64,000 bases of DNA from the human T2T-CHM13v2.0 reference genome, Homo sapiens: assembly GCF_009914755.1 (NCBI RefSeq), contig NC_060935.1; one strand, 5' to 3'. The notes beneath the pieces were generated by a model that searched no databases, had not been told where the DNA came from, and saw only the letters and a program-made list of their open reading frames with translations. Positions 17,001-31,235 of this stretch are shown piece by piece. Positions within the stretch are counted from its first letter, which is position 1. Each line of letters begins with the position of its first letter. The translations under genes were made by a program, and so were the position numbers.

Positions 17001-18162
17001 ATTGATTAATCAGCAGCTAGCTTTGGTTTTTTGTTTTTTAAACGGACACATCTTAGACAAGGAATCAGCAGCTTTCGACATCAGAGGAAAAGAAAGTTTC
17101 TTGATTCCCAATTTTTTAACAAGTGTCAGACACAAGTTCAGCTTGGTTGGAAATAGAAGCACAATGGAATTCAGTCGAAACTTAAATGAAGCCACAGACA
17201 ATTTTTCCTGAGCTACAGTGGAAACTCTACACCTCACAATTAACTAAGAGCTTTCCCACCAATACAATTTGTTTGCAAAGCATTACATCATCAGAAAAAA
17301 CTCTGATTGGCTGAGTCTATCCTCAAGGAAAGACCCATTTCTGGCAGCAAAAACTTTTCCAAGAGCCTTTTTGGGCACCAGACACCATATTTAGTTTTCC
17401 CCTTTTAGTGCAATACTTTAGTACAATAATGAGCACGCGGGGCCTTTAGGAGGCTGCTGCTGTTGGAACTTCTGTCAACAACTCTGAGGTTGCTTGTTCC
17501 TGAACAACAGAGGAGCCACCCCTGTGCTGGAAGTACCCTGCCTCGGTAGGTGAGGAGACACCACAAGGCTTAATGAGGAAACTATTACTCCTTCTGTCAC
17601 TGGCCTTCCAATTACACACAGCAATGGTGATTTTGAGCAGCAGCCAAGGAATGTCATAACAGAGGCTACTGTGGAACCAAATTACAGGAGCTCAGGGAGC
17701 AATGAAAAGTCTTCAAGTTGGAAATGTTTATTAATTGCTTGTGTGCAATGTATTAGGCTGGGCAGGTGGGCCCTTGCCTTCCAGGAAGTCACAAACATGC
17801 ATTCAGGCTCTCTTGGCCTATGTGTTATTCACATTATGTGAAGAAATACAAATAAAAACCTGAAACACTAGGACAGCAGAGCAAGTAATACACATTTCCT
17901 AATACATGAACAAAAGGCAATCATGGAGACTTGTACCAATTGGCCTTTGCCTGGGAAATAAGTAAAAGGAAATGTACCCCCACTGCTTCAGCCATGATTC
18001 TCCCTTCCACTTCCTTTTTCTTGGCTGTATTTAGTCCCTGTTCCTCATTCATCTATAACTGTCTAACTCTCAGATGAAAGCAGCAACTTGAGAAAATGTG
18101 GACACGTTATAGTTAGGGGGCGCTCCATGACCACTGTCTTGCACCTTTTTATTCTTCCCCAA

Positions 18163-18332
18163 TTTCCTTCCGGTCCTTTCCCTCCCCTTCCCCTCCCCTC
18201 CCTGCCTTCCTTTCCTTCCCCTCCCCCTCTCTTTCCCCTTCCTCTTCCCCTTCCCCTTCCCCCTCCCCCACCCCCTCCCCTTCGTTTCCCTTCCCCTTCC
18301 CCCTTCCCCTCTCCCTCCCCCTCCTTTCTTTT
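18163..18332. repeat. Polypyrimidine/polypurine low-complexity tract, (CCCCTT)n-like
   Basis: About 170 bp almost purely C/T on the + strand. Confidence 0.92.
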
Positions 18333-20686
18333 GCTTTCTTTGTTCCCAAATGAAAATAGATGGCCTAGGTTCCACGAGAGACGATTGGAGGAGAAGAAGT
18401 AAGAGCTTCAATTTGGTGGCTGCCAGAGACTCTGCCTGCTGCTCCCTTCTTCCCTGTGGCTGCATTCTTACCTAACTCTGGCTGTGGTCAAGAAAGAGCT
18501 TTGCTAGAGATCTGTGCTAATCATTCCTGAATTAAAATACCTCACAGAGGTCCCAGGGTGGGGAGTGGAGTGGGGCCATTTTCCCAGGACACCCATCAGT
18601 GGGTCCTAGCCTGCTCTGGATGGCATGTTTCCTCCAGGGCTGTTTTTGGGTCACCACGGTACCCTCCACAATGGGCCTTTCCTCCAGGTAACAGTTTCCT
18701 AAAGCTCAGTGTCTAAAGGTAGACGAGAGAATGAGGTTGTAAGTCTCCCCCCATCTCCGAAGGACAAGGTGAATTACATCACTTTGGGTAGAATGAGGGT
18801 ATAATGTGGATTTTCATGTGGTTAAAATTTTGTTGGGTTTCTGAACAGTGAAGATAATAATAGAAGGATGCAAGTTTCCTGTGATAGAGAAGAATAGCAC
18901 CAGGAGGTGGGTGAAAATCAGAGGGTCACAGGGACAGATGGAGCAGGGGTGGCTGCATGAACGTGTGCATCCCAGGGGCTAAGACAGTGGAAGAGAGTGG
19001 GTGTGACTGAAGCCAGCCCCGATGTCTGGAGAGAGGCTCTGCAGTATCTGGTCAGGTCTTGTTCTTTTAAACTGGACCATCCAAGATGACACCAGGAAGT
19101 TAGCCTTTGGTAAGAACGAATGTTGCCCAGCCTTGTTCCAGCCTTCCTCCTGGGTCTTCACTCCCTTGAGACTTCCTTTCCATCTCCTCGCTCATTCCTG
19201 GTCCCACAAGCTCCTGCCCTCTGTCTTCACATCCTGTGATGACCTCAGGTTCCTGCAGGACTGATCTCAGCTTGCCTAGCTTAGCCCACGACTGGCCCTT
19301 CAAACACGGTCAGCTCAGCAGGCCCAGGCTGGCAGAGAAAAGCCTGTGGCAGACAATAGTGTTTATTCTAGGCAGTTGTCCCAGATGGGTCACTCCCAGC
19401 TTACTCCACACCTGCTGCTGCTTGCTGTTTTTCCCAGGATCTGAATTCCTCCTCCCCAAGCACTGGCTAGGGGGCTCCCTCTCGCAGCCCTGCCCAGAGT
19501 CACTCAAGGGGCTGGACCATCCTCAGTCCTTTAGCTGAGAGAGGAGAATGTCATCAGCAGGCCAGACATGATTTACAGCTGTCCTCTCATTCGCTTCTGC
19601 TGCCCCAGGTAACAGAGGCTCCGGATCAGGGCCGTCGCTGGGCTCCACCCCAGCACTAACCGGCTCGGCCAGGTTTACCTCACCCCCTTCAAAAAGGATG
19701 GTGTGAGGAATGCATGTCCTGCCCCAGGAAGACGGATCTGTTCAGGAAGAAGAGGACAAAGGGCAGGACTTCAAAGCAATTTGGGCCACAACACTGGGCT
19801 TCTGGCTCCTGTGTTGAGGGGAAGAGAGTGGGGAGAGGTCGGACCAGCATTCAACTCACAGGCTCTTCCCAGCTTCCATCCCCTTTGCCCTGGAGCTGCA
19901 GAATTTCCTGACCCTGGAGAAGGCACCTGCCAGTGCAAATCCCCAGCACAGGTTCTGGAAGCCATGCTGCTGTTTGCCCTGCACAGCCTGAGCCATGGCC
20001 CCTCTGCCTAGGGTGGGCTTCCGGGGGAATGAGGCCTCTGAGCTCCCCCCTGGGGCCTCCACCTCCCCACTTACTCAGCCACCCTTCACCTCCTCCCTCT
20101 CTTGTCTCATTGAGACCCCTTTCTTTCCTTTCCAGGGATGATTATTTTTCAATCACGTAGACTTGGAGATAAAGGAAGAGTAAGGGCAGAGAAAGGCTGG
20201 GGCATGAGCAGCTGAGGGCAGGGGTTAAGAAGGTGGCAGTAACAGAATAAAACCTGAGTCTGTCTTTAAACCTCCAGGCCTGAGGCCACGTTTGGAGGGT
20301 GGGGGTCTCACTTCAGTTTTTCTGTAAGTTTTTCTGAAAGTCTGATTATTCTGTTCCACCCACAGCAAGACGGGGAGCTTCAATCCCAGACGCTTGTGGC
20401 GATGGGAGTGGGGAGGAAGGATAGGACTTAGGAACTTCTTGCTGGGCATTTGCATCTGTCTATAAGGCGTGGTTATCCCATGTCTCATCTCAGCTTCCTG
20501 AAGATAGTGACTGTGACTTGGAGATCCAGGAGTTGGTGTGATGCAGTGGAGTTCCACTGCTTAGTGTCTGCATGGCTGTTAACAAGTCACCTAAGCTTAA
20601 CGAGCTTCAGTTTCTTCCTCTGTAAAATACAAGCAATACTAACCTTATTTTATAGGGCTCTGAGGACTACATTGAAGAAACATTGA

Positions 20687-21030
<344 letters not shown>

Positions 21031-21408
21031 CTATTATGATCATACTTCAGTTTCCTCGTTGGTAAATTAGGGGTAATAAAATACCCATCTCACTGAGTTG
21101 TTTTGAATATTAACCTAGTTAATATTTATAAGGTCCTTAGAAAGGTGCCTAGCACACAGTGAGCTCTGTGCAAGTGTTACTAAAGAAAATGAATCATCCT
21201 GTTCTTTTCCACAATACCTAGACGTTGCCTTGCCCAGGTAAGTGCTTTGTAAATATTGCTGAGATTAGTCCAATGCATATGCTAGAGCCAGGAAACAGAC
21301 AAGGGTGGATACTCACAAGAGGAAGCTGGTGGTTAGGCTGAGTAGCATACTTCTGTTTCTCCCTTCTCCTTGTTTATTTTCCTATTACCGATTTCTCATT
21401 TCGGACCC

Positions 21409-21749
21409 TGCTGTGGTTTGAAAGTTTGTGTTCCCTCCAAAATTCACGTGAAAACTCAATCCCTAATGCAACAGTATTGAGAGGTGGGGCCTTGAGGAGG
21501 TGATTAGGCCATGGCAGCTCTGACCTCATGGACTGGATTCATTCCTTATTAAAGGGCTGGAGGGAACTAGCCCTTTTTGCCCTTCTGCCTTCCCACCGTA
21601 TGAGGACCAGCAGAGACCAAGACACTGGGCCTGCTGGCACCTTGATCTTTCACCACCCAGCCTTCCATACTGTGAGAAATAAGTTTCTGTTGTTTGTAAA
21701 CTACCCAGTCTCAGGTATTTTGTTATAGTAGCATAAATGAACTAAGACA
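21409..21749 (+). mobile_element. MST-family (MSTB1/MSTD-like) MaLR solo LTR
   Basis: TGCTGTGGTTTG...CTAAGACA termini; near-TSD GACCC/GATCC. Confidence 0.8.
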
Positions 21750-21955
21750 GATCCATTTCTATTGGCTCTGTATTCTCTCTGCTCCATAATTCCTCTTCCA
21801 AAAAAGGAACAGAAACTGATTCCCAAAGGCCCCACATTTACTAAGAAAGAGTCCGAGCAGACACCATAGCTCTACCTACACCTTTTGTGTCTCTCTCCTA
21901 GTGTCCAGCTTCCATCTAAACTTTCTTTTGTGATCTCTGATTGAAAGACCCAGAG

Positions 21956-22125
21956 AGCTGGGCATGGTGGTACACACCTGTAATCCCAGCTACTCAGGAG
22001 GCTGAGGCAGCAGGATCCCTTGAGCCCAGTGCGCCATGATCACACCTGCGATTAGCCACTGTGCTCCAGCCTAGGCAGCAGAGTGAGACCCTGTCTCAAA
22101 AAACAAACGAGCAAACAAAACAAAA
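21956..22125 (+). mobile_element. Alu monomer (FRAM/AluJ-like)
   Basis: Single arm with deletion; TSD AAAGACCCAG. Confidence 0.8.
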
Positions 22126-22419
22126 AGACCCAGTGGTTCCAATGAGTGCAGTGTCTAATCCTAATTAAGTACCTATTCATTAAATGTGTGTGAGGAATTG
22201 AAATGTATATTCCAGGGAATAAAGTCCAGCAGGGAAATAAATCCACCAGAAACCATGTTGGAGCAGTCCGGGTAGTTACTCCTATTGCCTTTCTTTCGTC
22301 TCAATTCATTCAGTGCCCTAGTTGTTTTAAGATCACAGGTGTTGTGTATTCACTAAGTACTAGGTCTTTGCTAAGCTCTTGCATGCCTCCCCGCAACCCC
22401 TATTTCATCCTCGAATTAC

Positions 22420-22565
22420 CTTGATAGGGTAGCTGTGATTATGTCTGTCTTACAGATGAGGAAACTGAAGGCTAGGCCAGTTAAATAGCTTGTCCTAGGT
22501 CACACAACTACTGAGTGATAGACGCAGTTCTCAGATCTGACTTGAAATCCTGCACTCATTCTGCT
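22420..22565 (-). mobile_element. MIR
   Basis: tacagatgaggaaactgaaggctaggccagttaaatagcttgtcctaggtcacacaacta. Confidence 0.75.
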
Positions 22566-25500
22566 GTATTCACAGGTAAGAGCAAGTTAAACTTGACCCT
22601 TCTCTTGGCCTTCTGAAATCGACTCTTTAATATGTAAGCTGTCTTTTCTGATATTTTTGGTTGGAAAAGAAAATGTGTGCATAACTTTCTTCAATCAAAG
22701 GGTGTTTTGCATCGTCCTTCTTTTTCTATCTAAAAGCATCTTTTCTGCATACTCTCTCAACAATGCCAGCCCTTCCTACTCTCAGCTCTAAAACCTGTCA
22801 CTGACTCTAAGAGAGTTTTAACAAAAGAACTGGAACAGGAAGTGTTTTTAAACAGGCTGTCCCTTTCTTTAAATAATTAAAGAAGATGCTATCAGGGAGA
22901 TCAGGTTTTTATTAGCTCTTCTCAAGTTCACTGTCACTTGCTCTCCTCCAAGGCAGGATTGAAGGTTGGGTGGAGCGGGGCATAGAAAAGTGCTCCAATT
23001 TGGACAGCATGTTGGGAGCACTTTGTAGAGGCTGGCCATTCACTGCCTATCTGGACTCTTTGCCAGTGGAATAGTGAGCTTGAATGGCAGGTTACAGTTC
23101 TTTAGAAACAAATTTAGAGGAAATGAATGAACGAAGCAATGAATGAAATAATTGTTGGACCTTAATAATAGTGGGTGTATCGTGGGCAGCGAGGCTTTGA
23201 GAACGCTAGCTCTCATCCCTCGGCGGATGCAAAGCAATTAGATCAATGGAAAATATGCATCAGGAAAAAAATGTCTAAACTGGGAGCTCAGGAACACAAC
23301 TCCCATTCAAACATGTCTTCTAAATCTCGGCCCCAGCAACATGTTCTTTGCAATTTCACTCTCTTGGTGGAATAAACAGGCCAGGAGCCCACCCCACCCA
23401 ACAGGGTGTCTCACAGCAGCCTGCAGGACAATAAGGAGGAAATTGGTTTTCCGGGAAGCAATTTCTCTATCAGCAGAGTAGTTCTGCATTGGCATAGAGG
23501 AGAGGTTAGGCTGGCAGTTGGAAGGATTCCACCTGCTCCTTCGAGTCCTAATTTGGATAGCCGCAGTGTTAAAAGGACACCATGAAGAGCACTTTTTAAT
23601 ATTGGGAAGGAGTATTGATGTAGAGATTGGGGGCTTCAAGGCCAAAGGCACTGGCTGGAAATGGACTTGCCCTGAGCCCTGGAGCTGATTCTTTATGCTG
23701 CCTTCTTTCCTCTTACTAAATATAAAATGAGGTCAAACGGTGCATGAAGTAGGGGTCAGAAGCAAATTGAAGGCTTAATAATAAACATTTATGGTGCCGA
23801 GCTCATTACAGGGCTTATGCAGATCCTTTTAAAATACCTGCCTGTTTGACATTTTGCCTTGATTTACACTAGAATTTAGAATGCCAGGAGGGTAATTAGC
23901 TTATATCTTGTCATTTTAGCATCCTATTTCTGGGGGAAAAAAGAAAACCTTAGAAAACTACAGCTACTTACCACAGAGTGCTATGCTTCTGAAGAAAAAG
24001 TACTTTAGGTCTCCAAATTCCTTTTCCTTAGCTGCCCAGGCCTGCAAGAGCTGAAGACCCTGAGCTTTATCTGGTTTCATATGTTATTTCTCTGGTGTTT
24101 AGGGGACAGCCGCACCCATACGGGATTAAAGCAGGCACTGTGGGGTTAGGTCAGTCCGTGTGAGGGAAGGCGCCCTGGATCAATGGCCCCTTTTTGTCCT
24201 CTCCCACCCACGCCCTGTTGACTCAACCTTCAGAGTTGGGAAAACAGAAAACATTTCTGCCTACGACCTCCAGCAAGTCACTCAGGCTCCTTGGGCTTCA
24301 GTTGCCTCAACTATGAAATGAGGGGATTGGACTGTATGATCTCTAACATTCACAGCCATAAATCCCCTTTTCTGGGAGAGGACCAATTCACATAATCTGT
24401 TCACTGTCCCTGTAAATGTACTTGGGTTTGTCAGGCTAAATGTCCTAGTTTTGGGTTCTGAAAATATGGTCACTGTATTTCTCAGATCACTTTCAGCCAC
24501 TAGGATTCTAAGTAGGTAATAGCCTTAAGTGACTGTTCTAATTACTAGCTCTATGACCTTGGGCAAGTTGGTTAAACTCTCTGGGATTCAGGCCCTTATG
24601 TGCAAAATTTGGGATAATAAAATCTGATCTCAAGGCAGGGAGCTGGACTAGATAGAGATTGCTCTGGCTAAAGTTTTGTGATTCAGTAACTTGGGGCCCA
24701 TCTGCTCTGGGCAAAGGCAGTAGCTGGCCCCCGGATGTTTAAATGGGTGAGGAGAGGCACCAAAAGTGTCCCTGAGGACAATGTCTCTTTGCAACCTGGA
24801 GAGAAACCAGGAAGCACTATCCTAGCTGCCTGCAGTGAAGAAAGAAATTCTTACAGTAAAATGTCAGTGGCCTCTTCAGCAAAGCTTCCTGTGCAATTCT
24901 TTTTGGTAACAGAGGAAAGCCTCTTAGGAGGTCGTAGGACTGTCACTCCAAGGCCTTAGGGATGCCAAAGTATTGCCTCGCCTTCCCTCCCATATTTCAA
25001 TTATCAAAGAAGATTCGAAAGAATATCAGGGGGAATTCGGGGACCCTAGACCGGGGACCAGCCGCAACCTGGGTAATGCTGGACAAATCACTTAACCTCT
25101 CACAGTCCAGTTTTCTCGAAAGAAATACTAGAATGTTTGAATATGTCAGTTCCAAGATCTCTTATTTGGAGGTTCTATGGAATCTCTAATGATGGATTGC
25201 AAATATCCACAGGGGGATATTTTGGGGCAGAGAGGACTCCTTTCCCTTTCTAATCATAGGTAGGCAACATTGTCTCTCACTGATCTTCCAGGCTATCAGT
25301 GGAACAGATTTTTTTGATCAATATATTTTGATGTACTTTATGTATTATGTCTGATTCCTAGCTCTGTGCCTGACATATAACATATGCCTCCTGGTAATTA
25401 GGTTTCTGTTTAAAAAAAAAAAAAATGAGATGTTTTGTAAATATTCCTAGTTGACTTTTCATTTGCTTTAAGCAAGTAATTTCTCCTTAAACAGCTCCCA

Positions 25501-26118
25501 TGACAGTTTCTGCCCTTCTGGTAAAGAGAAGGCTATTAGTAGTCTGCAGAATGGAGTTTAGGTTGAAGTACTGGGAGCCAGGTGGCCCATCCAGAAGGCT
25601 GCTGTGCTAATCCCACATAAAGCAATGGAAACCTGGAGTAGCACCCAGTTTTCCAAACTGAACACTGGACTGGTTTTGGGGTTGTCTTTCTTCCTTACTC
25701 CTCACACCTTATTCAGCACCAGTCCCTGCGGGGTCTCCTTCTGGACCCTTCTCAAATCTGTCCACTTGTCTGTGTCCTCCCGGCCTCTGCCCACATTCAG
25801 GACACCATGAGGGCTCCCCTGCAACAGCCGCCTCACACCTTCGCTGCATCTAATCTGTCCCCTCCCAGACCATTTTAAAACAATTTTGGAATATTCCGAG
25901 CACAGATGAAAGTTTAGAGAATAGTGAAAAAACACTCAGGAGAAGCAGTAATGCTCACTTTAGAAATATTAAGAGAGGATCACCTTAGAAGCAAATGGCT
26001 TCAGCTCAGATTGCTTTCTAGACAGGTTAACTTTGGATGAGCTCTTAACCTCTCTGCTGCTTAGTTTCCTCATTTGGAAAATGGGGATGACAAGAGCAGT
26101 GTATAAACCTTATAGAGC

Positions 26119-26265
26119 TTTTTTTTTTTTTTTTTTTTTTTGTAGAGAAGGGGTCTCACCATGTTGCCCAGGCTGGTCTCAAACTCAAACCCCTGACCTC
26201 AAGTAATCCTCCCACCTGGGCCTCCCAAAGCACTGGGATTACAGGCATGAGCACAATGCCTGGCC
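26119..26265 (-). mobile_element. FLAM/left Alu monomer
   Basis: Poly-T followed by left-arm sequence only. Confidence 0.85.
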
Positions 26266-27185
26266 TCTGATAGGTTTTTGTGAGAATTAAACTTATTCAT
26301 TTAGGTCTATTTGTGTTAGCCTTCATTATTATCCTTTACCCTTCTCTGATTTTGTCAAATTTAAACCAATCTATTCTGCACTCTTTCTAATCTAATCCTG
26401 TCACACATCTTCCTAAATCTGCTAAAGGCTCCCAGTTGTCCTCAGGACAGAGTCCAAACTCCTCAACAGGACTTGCTAAGCCTTCCAGCCTTGCCCGGGC
26501 TAACCCTGCATTTGCAGTAAATGAGGCACCAGAGAGATGGCGTTCCAGGCTGGGGACGCTTCGTCAGCAAGGCCTGGAAAGTAGAGATGAGGCAGGTGGA
26601 TTGCAGGGGCTGATCTGCAGAGGCACGCAGGTGGGAGCTACAAGTGAGTCTTAGTTCTCCAGCCAGAACGCCCAGGTGCATACCATGGCTGTGCCGCTGA
26701 TTAGCCATGTAACCTTGGGCAAGTTACTGAACATCTATCTCTATATCTCTGTTTTCTTATTTGTATAATTTTAAAGGAATGCACTTACTGCATGAGGTTG
26801 TGGAAAACACTGAACGAGGTAATACAAGTAAAGTGCTTAAAATAGCTAGTACTCAAGAAGTGGTCATTCTTATTTTGGGACAAGAGCAGAGGTATATGAG
26901 TGCAGATTTTGTGGTATCTCAAAGGCAGAGAGAGGAGAGCGACTGGGTAATATGTCAGTAGCATACAGAATAGAATTCAGGTTGAAGATCCTGAGCTGGC
27001 CAGCCAGGCAGGAGGCAGCTGCTGGGACTAGGGTAGCGAGGGCGACATTAGAAGGAAAAGACAAATATGAGAATGATCTTAAGGCCGAATGACAGGTTCC
27101 ATAAAAGGTAGATTTGCTGGAACACTAAGTCCAGAAAACAGTTCATGAGAGAAGTATCCTTTTACCTAAATTTGGGAAACGTCTA

Positions 27186-27313
27186 AGCCAGTTGTGGTTG
27201 TGAGGGCCTGTGGTCCCAGCCTATGCAGGAGGATTGCTTGAGCCCAGGAGTTCCAGGCCAGCCTGGACAACATAGTGAGATCTCATCTCTATTAAAAAAA
27301 TAATAATAATAAA
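27186..27313 (+). mobile_element. FLAM-like Alu monomer
   Basis: GGAGGATTGCTTGAGCCCAGGAGTTCCAGGCCAGCCTGGACAACATAGTGAGA plus A-rich tail. Confidence 0.8.
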
Positions 27314-28620
27314 ACCAATAAATTTGGGAAATACCACATATTTCCCTTTTTGGAAAGTCACACTGTACAGGAGAAGGCTAAAAGAGCCTGGAAGCGCTAG
27401 AGTAGAAAAACATGTCAATATTTGATAAATGCAGTGTTTCGGAACTAGTTTGATCACAGGACATCTCTGCCCCCCTCCACTGTTGATAACACAGTTTAAC
27501 ATCTCGAAGAAGCAGCGATCGGTAGGACCCCCTCTGGAATACACTGCCCTGAAGTAACATGTGTGAACTGTATAAACAGAGCTGGAGAGAGAAGAACACA
27601 CACATACACAGTGCACAATGCGACTATTTTCCTTCTCTCTGTTCTCTGGTGGGCTCGAGCAGTGGGGAGCCCATGAGGATAGTTTAAAATTAAATGCTCA
27701 TTTCCCTTTCCTTGCCTGGTGTGAATGTGGCCTCTCTCCCTCTCCCTCCTACCCACTTCCTTCTCCGACAGAGTCCGCTTGCCCCAGAGAGAGCCATCTG
27801 GAGAGTCGTGTTGCAATATTGACTATTGCAAGGGACCTCCTTCTGGCATTCAGTCTAGTTCATGGTGTTTTACTTTCATCTCTCTGGGTTAGAAAATCAT
27901 CTGACGTCTCTAAGCGGTTTCTTTGGGCTAATAACATTATTACAATTTTTCCTTTTCTCCAGAATCAAGGCTGTTTTCCCCCCGCAAGGACTTCTTGGCA
28001 TTTCCGTGAGGTTTGTTATTCGGTTGTGCTTGAAGTATGTGGCATCCTGTTTGTGCTGCAAACAGTAAAATAAAATCCCCCTCAGGATCACTAGCTGAAC
28101 CTCGGGGACACTTCTGCTGAAGGAATCCCATCTGTCCTGGATCAGATCCTGGCCCTGGGGACAGGGCTGGGACTGGCAGGGAAATTCACTCGCACTGTCA
28201 ACGCTGACCTTTTAGGATCATGTTTGAGTAGTGACTGTGAGTAAACACCAGCAAGAACGTTGCAGACAGGGCCAGAGGTAATGACATGCCGTTCACCAGG
28301 GAGTGTCATGAACTTGGAATGGATAGCACAGGCTGGACCCACGCTCTGGGGCTCATGCATAAAGAAAAGCCTCCAGAGGCTTCCTCTGAAAATCAGTTCT
28401 CTTGCCCCAGTAACTGAGCCCAAGCAACCTCAAATGGCAGCAGCCTTTCAGATGAGGTCTCTGGCCAGTTCTTCTGCTGTCAGCGTTTGGCCCTCACTAG
28501 TCTTGTACCTTCCAATGAGGCCTGTTCTCTTCATCTCCTCCCATAACCTTCCTTAGCAGAATGGAGTCATTAGTGCATTTCTGCTCGTTTAGCTGCTAAC
28601 AAATAGACAAAAGAGGCAGG

Positions 28621-28942
<322 letters not shown>

Positions 28943-29723
28943 TTATGGAGAGAGATCAATCACTCTTCTTGACTTGAAAACAGTCTAATACATAGCTTAA
29001 CAGGCACAGGTGCCTTTCTCACTTCCACGCTTCTCCCGCACGATGCCAACATTCTTGGCCCGCTTCTCTAGGGGAAATCAAGTCCTTTAGGGTTCATATT
29101 CAGGTACCATGCCCAGTTCCAGGTTAAAACGATGCATTCAGCCCCTAAATTCTGAACGTGTTTTGCCACCCTCAAATTCTCCTGATCGACCTCACCCATG
29201 AAGTAGCCTCCCTCCAACCCTGCGCCAAATTCCAAAACAGGCTTACCCCCAGCCGTGATTATAATTCTACAGCTTGCTCTGTCATGATTGTCATTGCCTT
29301 CTGTCCTTATGCTCCTTCTTTCCCCTGTTGGTCAGATAAGAAGGCTTTACCCCAGGAGACAGATAAATAATTGCAGATCCTTTATAGGAGGCTAATTTCT
29401 AGAATTTAGGTGGGGGTTGAGGGGGCAGAGCGGGTAGGAGTTTGTGCTAAAATAATTTTAGTATATAAAAAGTAAGTTTAGTTTTATTTTGTTGTTATAG
29501 GCTGGTGAGGCCAGTGATATATAAGTTATTCATACTCTTGTAAACTGTTGATATCTTTTTCCTGTCTAAGACTGCAACCTGTTTAGCTTTATGTCTCCAG
29601 GGCCTAGTCCCCTGTTTGACCACAGAAAGTGTTCAATAATGATTGGATTATTTTCCTCTTCAAAAATAATTCCTCCAGGTAACTAGTTAGCCTTTACTTG
29701 ATCATCTTCAGCAAAGGGCAGGG

Positions 29724-30050
29724 TTTTTTTTTTTTTGGTTTGTTTTTGTTTTTTTGTTTTTTGTTTTTTGAGACAGAGTCTCGCTCTGTCTCCCAGGCTG
29801 GATTGCAGGGGCACGATCTCGGCTCACTGCAAGCTCCGCCTCCCAGGTTCACACCATTCTCCTGCCTCAGCCTCATGAGTAGCTGGGACTACAGGCACCT
29901 GCCACCACGCATGGCTAATTTTTTGTATTTTTAGTAGAGACGGGGTTTCACCGTGTTAGCCAGGATGGTCTCGATCTCTTGACCTCGTGATCCGCCTGCC
30001 TCAGCCTCCCAAAGTGCTGAGATTACAGGCGTGAGCCACCGTGTCCGGCC
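29724..30050 (-). mobile_element. AluY
   Basis: CAAGCTCCGCC and GTGTTAGCCAGGATGGTCTCGATC; TSD AAGGGCAGG. Confidence 0.95.
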
Positions 30051-30139
30051 AAGGGCAGGCTTTTGATCCACCCATTCCATTGACTAGCCGATTCCATTAA
30101 TAGACACTTTTAACATTTTGGGAGACTTTTCTTATAGAG

Positions 30140-30643
30140 CAGTGGTTCTAACCTTTTTGGCACCAGGGACCAGTTTCATGGAAGACAATTTTTCCACAGA
30201 CCAGGGGGTGGTGGGGGATGGTTTCAGGAGGATTCAAGCCCATTACATTTATTGTGCACTTTATTTCTACTACTACATACTATTACATACCCACCATAGT
30301 GTAGAATCAGTGGGAGCCCTGAACTTGTTTTCCAGCAACTAGATGGTCCCATCTGGGGATGATGGGAGACAATGACAGATCATCAGGCGTTAGATTCTCA
30401 TAAGGAACATGCAACCTAGATCCTTTACATGTGCAGTTCATGATAGGATTTGCTGTCCTATGAGAATCTAATGCCACCGCTGATCTGACAGGAGGTGGAA
30501 CTCAGGAGATAACACAAGCAATGGAGAGTGGCTGTAAATACAGATGAAGCTTTGCTTGCTCACCACTCACCTCCTGCTATGTGGCCCAGGTCCTAACAGG
30601 CCACAGACCAGCACCAGTCTGACCCAGGGGTTGGTGACCCCTG
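30140..30643 (-). mobile_element. MER1A (hAT-Charlie non-autonomous DNA transposon)
   Basis: TIRs CAGTGGTTCTAACC / GGTTGGTGACCCCTG; 8-bp TSD TTATAGAG/TTATGGAG. Confidence 0.88.
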
Positions 30644-30824
30644 TTATGGAGAGTTGAAATCTGCCTTTCTGTAACTTTTAAACATTCTCCCTACTTTACC
30701 CTCTAGGGTCAAAACAACAAAATCAGCTATGTCTTCCCATGTGATACTTGTTTTCCTAAGTCTCTTATTTTCCATGTTAAACATTTCTAATTCCTTGACT
30801 TTTCTCGTAGTTGATAATTTCTAA

Positions 30825-31145
30825 TTTAAATTTAAATTGTACTTGACAAATGATCATGTTATGTATTTTGGGGCAAAATGTGATAGTTTGATATTGTGTA
30901 CATTATGGAAAGTTTGTATCAAGCTAATTAACATGGCCATCACCTCACATACTTCTCATTTTTCTGTAGTGAGAACATTTTAAATATATTATTTTAGTAA
31001 TTTTGAAAAATACAATACATTTATTATTAACTTTGGCCATTTTGCTGTGCAATAGATCTGGAAAACCTATTCCTCCTATCCAACTGGAAGCTGATAGACT
31101 TTGGTCACCTTCTTCCCATTGCCCATTCCCCAATCCCACCCCAAA
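30825..31145 (-). mobile_element. L1MA-like 3' end
   Basis: caagctaattaacatggccatcacctcacatactt...tgtgcaatagatct. Confidence 0.75.
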
Positions 31146-31235
31146 ATTTTCTTGATGGCTCTCTTTAAACATTTCTTCGTGCTAATGAGCCCATGTCAGA
31201 GCACTGTCCTGAAATGACTCCTATTATTACTAAGC

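Noticed and set aside
16975-17060. ATGATGA resembling a snoRNA C box
   Set aside because: No suitably placed CTGA D box or terminal stem.
18070-18465. Gly/Arg/Lys-rich and Pro-rich ORFs
   Set aside because: Artefacts of the C/T low-complexity tract.
27221-27616. Minus-strand acceptor TTCTTCTCTCTCCAG at 27582 followed by open frames
   Set aside because: No convincing nearby donor, peptides unrecognised, and the longest ORF runs into an Alu.
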